A DNA stretch of 64,000 nt from Minisyncoccota bacterium (GTDB lineage Bacteria > Patescibacteriota > Microgenomatia > UBA1400 > PJMF01), in NCBI GenBank assembly GCA_009991965.1, contig JAACWQ010000004.1, positions 42,074 to 106,073 of the forward strand, read 5' to 3'. Positions within the stretch are counted from its first letter, which is position 1. Every line of letters starts with the position of its first letter. Made by a program: the position numbers and the translations under genes. This document shows, piece by piece, positions 58,522-64,000 of this stretch. The notes beneath the pieces were generated by a model. That model made no database searches. It had not been told where the DNA came from and saw only the letters and a list, made by a program, of their open reading frames with translations.

Positions 58522-59182
58522 GTACTACTCGCTCCAATGATTCTTGTTGGTTGCTCGCAAACGTATCTATCACTAGATCGTACAAACCCTGGTGCCAAAA
58601 ATCAATGGGATCACTCGGCCTCATTGTGCCCGGCTTGACCACCCACTCCTGCCATTGCTCCTTATACATACGACGCCATTTTTGCGCATTTACCTCATAG
58701 CGATAATTCATGTTGGCAATTGCTTTGTCTGGCGTCACCCCATCGCGGTTCACAATCCGATCAACACGAACTGATTTATCACTACACTTCATCAAAATTT
58801 TGAGCGTTCCTGGCACCTGCTGTGCCAAAAATCCAGACAACCAAGACTCCAACACCCAGTGCGACTCTGTTTGTAGTTTCGTGCGCATATCCATATCTAC
58901 TTGTAAATCAAAATCATCAGGGTAGGCACCGGCACTATGATGAAGCTCTCCCGCTGCGTCAAGTAAACCTTGTTGCTTGGCAAAATCACGCATGTAACCG
59001 CCGCCGTTATATCCCACCCAACCATCAAACTTGAGTTCTTCGCGCAATGAATCGAGCAGCGTCGTTGAGCCAGAACCAGGTAAGCCAGAAATTGTTATGT
59101 TGTTGTACAAATAACTATCATGCATGACATTACCTTGTCTAAGATGAGGCGCATTATACGCATAGCCCCCCCGTTTACTCAA
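58499..59182 (-). CDS. P-loop NTPase, cytidylate/nucleoside-monophosphate kinase-like
   Basis: Walker A ISGLPGSGSTTLLDSL. Confidence 0.45.
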   Translation of the reverse strand: MSKRGGYAYNAPHLRQGNVMHDSYLYNNITISGLPGSGSTTLLDSLREELKFDGWVGYNGGGYMRDFAKQQGLLDAAGELHHSAGAYPDDFDLQVDMDMRTKLQTESHWVLESWLSGFLAQQVPGTLKILMKCSDKSVRVDRIVNRDGVTPDKAIANMNYRYEVNAQKWRRMYKEQWQEWVVKPGTMRPSDPIDFWHQGLYDLVIDTFASNQQESLERVVHAITQKK

Positions 59183-59712
59183 GCGCTCTTCTCTCTACGC
59201 TGTAATCGCAGTTCATCCCACTGACAAGCGACAGCTGCTTTCATTGCAGTTGCAAGCATTTCAAGCCGTTTCCCTGCCGTGGGCAAATCAATTTGAGAAG
59301 TCTTTTTGGGGAAAAAATGAAACGTTTGATTGCGACAAATAAGCCAAGTATCCCAGAGCATACGCGTGGTACGTTGACCACACAAACGAGCAACATCGTC
59401 AAATAACCACCACTCGTCTCGCTGGTTTTCATGCACGTCTGGGTTGAGTGCGCGCCCAATGCGAAATCGCTCGCCTTCATATGTTTGAGTCGTAATTAGA
59501 CCGAGATCAAAAAAGTACTGTTTCAAGAAACCCTCGTAACCTTTCGACATCGGAAATACGACAAATGAATAATCTAGAAACTTGTTCGGCTCCTTACACT
59601 CACGCTCATACAACTTGAGCGCTGTCGCGACTTGCGTCTGTACTTCTGGCAAGAGGTATGAACTCCATGATGCATTGCTTAACTCGAGTAGAAATTGTGA
59701 TGAGGGTGACAT
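59179..59712 (-). CDS. hypothetical protein
   Basis: ORF; start ambiguous because the longest frame overlaps the PBP1A gene. Confidence 0.35.
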   Translation of the reverse strand: MSPSSQFLLELSNASWSSYLLPEVQTQVATALKLYERECKEPNKFLDYSFVVFPMSKGYEGFLKQYFFDLGLITTQTYEGERFRIGRALNPDVHENQRDEWWLFDDVARLCGQRTTRMLWDTWLICRNQTFHFFPKKTSQIDLPTAGKRLEMLATAMKAAVACQWDELRLQRREKSA

Positions 59713-59746
59713 AAATTCTGCTACACTAGTAGTCTCAAAAGCATAC

Positions 59747-62083
59747 ATGAAATTTAGTAGACAACACAAGCAAGCTGGCAAAGATTTACAACAAATTATC
59801 GGCGGTCTATTTGTCGGTGTTACGACAAGAAAAAATCGATCAAAGCGCTCGCTCCGTCCCTGGGTATGGTTGGCGCTCGGAGGATTATTTGCTGTAGTAG
59901 TCGGGCTCCTCTACTTACTGCGAGATTTACCCTCGCCAAAAAAACTGCAAACAAGCGAATCATACGCGGTGAGCTCGCAAATTTTTGATCGTAATGGCGT
60001 GCTGCTCTACGAAATTATTGGCAATGAACACCGCATTCCTATCAAGCTGTCCGATCTTCCTGACCATGTCGTACAAGCCGTCGTGGCCATTGAGGACAAG
60101 AATTTTTATACACATTGGGGTTTTGATATTAGTGGAATTGCCCGCGCGCTCAAGGCAAATATTACCGGTGGCCAAGTACAAGGTGGCTCGACTATTACCC
60201 AACAATTGGTAAAAAATGCATTGCTAAGTCGAGAAAAAACCTTTACCAGAAAAATTAAAGAAGGCGTACTCGCCATGATTACCGAGCTCATCTACAGCAA
60301 AGATGAAATTATGGAAATGTACCTTAACTACATTTCGTATGGTGGTAACTCAGTTGGGATAGAGGCGGCCGCACAAACGTACTTTGATAAAAGTGCCAAA
60401 GATCTCACGTTATCCGAAGCCGCATTATTGGCTGGTCTGCCACAAGCGCCAACAAAGTACTCTCCGTTTGGTTCCACACCAGAAAAAGGTAAAGAGCGAC
60501 AACAAGCAGTTCTTCGCCGCATGGCAGAAGATGGCTATATTACCAAGATCGAAGAAGCGGCTGCGGCCAGTGATCCAATCCAATTTGCAATTAGTCGCAG
60601 TGATATAGAGGCACCTCACTTCGTTTTTTATGTTCGTGATTTATTGTATGAAGAGTTTGGTGTTGATACTGTTGAGCGTGGCGGTTTGCGCGTTACAACT
60701 ACCCTCGATCTTGAATTGCAAAAAACCGCAGAGGCTTCGCTCAGCGCAGAGCTCGCGACGCTCGAGCGCTACGATGTTAGCAATGGTGCAGCCCTCGTCA
60801 TCAAGCCAAATACTGGTGAGATCCTTGCCATGGTTGGGAGCAAAGATTACTTTGATAGCGAAAATGATGGGCAAGTAAATGTCACTCTGGCAGAACGGCA
60901 ACCAGGTAGTTCAATCAAGCCACTCATGTACGCAACTGCATTTCAAGACAAGACGCTCAATCCTGGCAGTATTCTGATCGACGCACCTACCTGTTTTACT
61001 TCTGCGGGTCAAAAACCATATTGTCCAAAAAATTATGATGGTTCGTATAGCGGACCTGTTCCTGTCCGACGCTCACTTGCCAACTCGCTCAACATTACTG
61101 CTGTCAAAGCGTTGCGCACTATAGGAGTAGAACGTTTTATGGAAATGGCCACCGCACTTGGCATAACCACCTGGACCGATCCAAGTCGCTATGGTCTGTC
61201 ACTCACCCTGGGCGGCGGTGAAGTTCGCATGATTGATATGGCACAGGCGTTCGGCACACTCGCCAATGAGGGGATCAAGGTACCACTGAGTTCCATTTTA
61301 AAAATCGAAGATTACAAAGGTACTGTTTTTCGTGAGCTCGATCGCGACAAACGAGTGGCTGATTTAGAATTTTTGTCTGAGTACGACGAACAAACTGCTG
61401 GCGATTTATCCAGAGTAATGGATCGCGCACCAGCCTATTTAGTCAGTCATATTTTGCAAGACAATGCAGCGCGACAACAAGCCTTTGGTTTGCGATCAGA
61501 ACTCGTAGTTCCCAATCAAATCGTCAGTGTCAAAACTGGCACAACCAATGACCTGCGCGATAACTGGACTATCGGGTACACGCCAGAATATTTGGTAGCA
61601 ACCTGGGTGGGAAATAATAACAATACTCGTATGAACGGCCGGGTGGTGTCTGGAGTCACCGGTGCTGCCCCTATTTTCAATGACATCATGCGATTTATTT
61701 TGGCAGGCAAAGATCCTGTTTGGCAAAGCAAGCCACCTGACGTACTCTCTGCCCAAGTGTGCGCTCACGGCTTACCACCAACGCCTGGTGACAACTGCCA
61801 CGCCAAAGATCAAGAACTGTACTGGGATCAAAGCGTTCCCTCACGCTCGCTCGCAGTTCGTAAGAACACTTGGATTGATCCAACCACTGGCTTACCACCA
61901 AAGCCTGGCGAACAAATTGAAGGACTCATACTTGAAGAACGATCGCTTTTTCAAGATCCTGTTACCGATTATTATTGTTCTGACTGTTCAAGACCAATCG
62001 ATGCAGAAGGCAGAGTTCAGTACGAACAACGCACCGTGCCACAAGAATATCAAATTCAGCCATATTCTGGCACAGAACAATGA
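59747..62083 (+). CDS. class A penicillin-binding protein (PBP1A: glycosyltransferase GT51 plus transpeptidase)
   Basis: TM anchor; GT51 motifs AIEDKNFYTHWGFD and GGSTITQQLVKN; transpeptidase SxxK (GSSIKP), SxN and KTG(T) motifs. Confidence 0.85.
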   Translation: MKFSRQHKQAGKDLQQIIGGLFVGVTTRKNRSKRSLRPWVWLALGGLFAVVVGLLYLLRDLPSPKKLQTSESYAVSSQIFDRNGVLLYEIIGNEHRIPIKLSDLPDHVVQAVVAIEDKNFYTHWGFDISGIARALKANITGGQVQGGSTITQQLVKNALLSREKTFTRKIKEGVLAMITELIYSKDEIMEMYLNYISYGGNSVGIEAAAQTYFDKSAKDLTLSEAALLAGLPQAPTKYSPFGSTPEKGKERQQAVLRRMAEDGYITKIEEAAAASDPIQFAISRSDIEAPHFVFYVRDLLYEEFGVDTVERGGLRVTTTLDLELQKTAEASLSAELATLERYDVSNGAALVIKPNTGEILAMVGSKDYFDSENDGQVNVTLAERQPGSSIKPLMYATAFQDKTLNPGSILIDAPTCFTSAGQKPYCPKNYDGSYSGPVPVRRSLANSLNITAVKALRTIGVERFMEMATALGITTWTDPSRYGLSLTLGGGEVRMIDMAQAFGTLANEGIKVPLSSILKIEDYKGTVFRELDRDKRVADLEFLSEYDEQTAGDLSRVMDRAPAYLVSHILQDNAARQQAFGLRSELVVPNQIVSVKTGTTNDLRDNWTIGYTPEYLVATWVGNNNNTRMNGRVVSGVTGAAPIFNDIMRFILAGKDPVWQSKPPDVLSAQVCAHGLPPTPGDNCHAKDQELYWDQSVPSRSLAVRKNTWIDPTTGLPPKPGEQIEGLILEERSLFQDPVTDYYCSDCSRPIDAEGRVQYEQRTVPQEYQIQPYSGTEQ

Positions 62084-63330
62084 GTTACGGTACTTTTGTC
62101 AAACAGCATCGTGACAAAAAACCGCACTGGTTGCGTCGTCATAAGTGGCATATAAAATTGAGTGTCGTTGGTGTCTGTATATTTATTGCCGCGATGGCTA
62201 TCGCACTTTGGTGGTTCTGGGATCAACCGTTAGTTACTCCACTAACCAATCTTTCTTCTTTTCGCTTTTTGCAAAAACCTGAGTCACAACATGGTCATAA
62301 TAAAGTTGTATATGGCTTTCTTCCATACTGGAATCTCTCAGATGCAATCCTGCAGCCAGAGCTTACTCACTTGTCCTACTTTGCACTGACCATTGGTGGC
62401 AACGGAGAAGTTCGTTTGCAAGATGATGGCAATGTGGAACCTGGATATAACAAACTCAAGAGTGATCAGCTACTCGACCTCATCAATCTGGCTGCAAACC
62501 AAGACACTCAGTTTGAGCTCGTTCTATCTCAGTTTCTAGTTGATGATATTTCGGCGTTTTTAGCTTCAGAAAAAGCACAGCAAAAACTGATTGAAACACT
62601 CGATGGCGTCATCCTCGCGTATCCAATCAGTGGCATCAATATCGATATCGAACTCAATGGCACACCAAGTGAAAGACAACGCCAGCAGCTTGTTACGTTT
62701 GTGACAAATTTACGCCAGCATTTAGATGCTCGCTATAAAGGCATGATGCTCAGCATCGATATGTATGCCGGTGCATCAAACAATAAACAACTATGGGACA
62801 TTCCCGCCCTCGCGCCAGTGGTCGATTATGTCATCGTTATGGCTTACGACTTTCACCAGAGAAGCTCGCCACAAGCCGGTCCTGTTGCTCCATTATTTGG
62901 TGGCAATGAGCTTTGGGACAGCGACATCAATGAACATCTGAAAAGATTTTTGGAATATATGCCACGAGAAAAAGTTTTATTGGGTGTACCGTTTTATGGT
63001 TATGAATGGCAAACCGAAAACCGTGGTGCACAGTCATCTACTTTTCCAGAAACTGGCTCTGCGGCAAAGATCACTCGGGTCAAGGAATTACTTTCCAAAT
63101 CGAAAGAACTCAGGGTAGAAGAACACTGGAATGAGGAAGCGCTCTCACCCTACCTGACCTACATGGAGGATGGAGAAACATTTGTCTTGTACTATGAAGA
63201 TTCTCGCTCTCTTTCTTATAAACTAGACTACGTCAATCAATTAGATCTCGCTGGCATTGCCATTTGGGCGCTTGGATACGAAGGTGATTCTCGTGAACTT
63301 TGGGATGTCATTAATCGCAAGTTAGATTAA
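62080..63330 (+). CDS. GH18-family glycoside hydrolase-like protein (chitinase/YaaH-like)
   Basis: N-terminal TM; GH18 catalytic motif region SGINIDIE (DxxDxDxE-like) and MAYDFH. Confidence 0.6.
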   Translation: MSYGTFVKQHRDKKPHWLRRHKWHIKLSVVGVCIFIAAMAIALWWFWDQPLVTPLTNLSSFRFLQKPESQHGHNKVVYGFLPYWNLSDAILQPELTHLSYFALTIGGNGEVRLQDDGNVEPGYNKLKSDQLLDLINLAANQDTQFELVLSQFLVDDISAFLASEKAQQKLIETLDGVILAYPISGINIDIELNGTPSERQRQQLVTFVTNLRQHLDARYKGMMLSIDMYAGASNNKQLWDIPALAPVVDYVIVMAYDFHQRSSPQAGPVAPLFGGNELWDSDINEHLKRFLEYMPREKVLLGVPFYGYEWQTENRGAQSSTFPETGSAAKITRVKELLSKSKELRVEEHWNEEALSPYLTYMEDGETFVLYYEDSRSLSYKLDYVNQLDLAGIAIWALGYEGDSRELWDVINRKLD

Positions 63331-63361
63331 GCACACTTTCTGTAGTAAAAGTGCTGCATTC

Positions 63362-64000
63362 ATGGTAATATCCGGATCGGTGAAAGCGCACAAAAAGAAT
63401 ACTACTGAATCAGAATCACTCAGAAAATATCTAATTGATTTTGCTGCATCTCGCTCTCTTCGGTACCAAAAAAAAGAAGCAAAAAGTAAAAAGTCCACAA
63501 CTGTTTTTTCTCAGTCAAGACAGCGCAGATCAGAACAATTGGTTTCTCTCCTCAAATACCTCTGGTTACTAAAGTATTCAGCTACTTTTTCTTATAAAAA
63601 CCTGCTGCCTTCGCTGCTCAAGCAGCTGAAAACTCGGATACGAATAAGAGTACGAGTGCCAAAAATACTACGAAATCTTCTTATACATATTTTCCGCCCC
63701 TATGCGCTTACATTCCGTTTTTATCCAAAACAAACCGGCATTGTTATCACAATACTCGCAACGCTATTTGCTGGCGCATTTTTTGTACACGAATACATTT
63801 TTCGAGATTTACCTGATGCACAACTACTTACAACAACCCAACCCGCACTCACGACCAGAATTCTCGATCGCAATGGCGAAGTTTTATATCGCATTTACAA
63901 AGATGAGAATAGAACACCTATAGCGCTATCAGAAATTCCCGATACGCTCATCAATGCAACAATTGCAATTGAAGATCAAGAGTTCTATCTACATCACGGC
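63362..64000 (+). CDS. second class A PBP, 5' portion only (runs off the window)
   Basis: ATG at 63362; TM segment (IVITILATLFAGAFFV) then the start of GT51 (RILDRNGEVLY...IAIEDQEFYLHHG); this frame was read by hand and is not in the supplied ORF track. Confidence 0.6.
   Translation, partial: MVISGSVKAHKKNTTESESLRKYLIDFAASRSLRYQKKEAKSKKSTTVFSQSRQRRSEQLVSLLKYLWLLKYSATFSYKNLLPSLLKQLKTRIRIRVRVPKILRNLLIHIFRPYALTFRFYPKQTGIVITILATLFAGAFFVHEYIFRDLPDAQLLTTTQPALTTRILDRNGEVLYRIYKDENRTPIALSEIPDTLINATIAIEDQEFYLHHG

Overview
This window looks like a compact, gene-dense bacterial chromosome segment, probably from a reduced-genome lineage; a CPR/Patescibacteria-like organism is only an inference, based on the short IF-2, a stand-alone 5'-3' exonuclease, a short HrcA and a fused TsaC-TsaE. 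Most genes are housekeeping and lie on the minus strand. Core blocks: nusA-infB-rpsO; the heat-shock operon hrcA-grpE-dnaK with a CsbB-like GT2 and a YfhO-like membrane protein sitting between dnaK and a zinc-finger-less dnaJ-like gene; ftsH-csaA-like-trpS-xerD; groES-groEL; yidC; a t6A cluster (tsaC::tsaE fusion plus tsaD); nrdR-nrdJ, where the class II RNR carries a LAGLIDADG-type intein; two class A PBPs flanking a GH18 gene. Regulatory sites readable by eye: CIRCE-like inverted repeats (TTAGCAG-N13-CTGCTAA) upstream of hrcA and of groES, and a tandem pair of NrdR-box-like palindromes 32 bp apart upstream of nrdR. Accessory content: three type II toxin-antitoxin pairs (HicAB, HigB/Gp49-like with an XRE antitoxin, PIN with Phd/YefM); a compact five-gene minus-strand operon of unknown function (kinase-like, NDT-like-RHH fusion, two small ORFs, MTase-like); and an AT-rich ~11.5 kb integrative island at about 31.0-42.55 kb. 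The island ends in a large serine recombinase whose stop codon overlaps a tRNA-like gene with anticodon CAT. It carries phage/satellite-type genes (TerS, HNH, divergent XRE regulators) and defense-like cargo. The most interesting cargo is a structured noncoding region followed by an XRE-HTH gene overlapping a small reverse transcriptase gene. That is a retron-like ncRNA-HTH-RT layout. No CRISPR arrays or rRNA genes were seen. All calls come from reading motifs in the supplied translations; no database search was possible.
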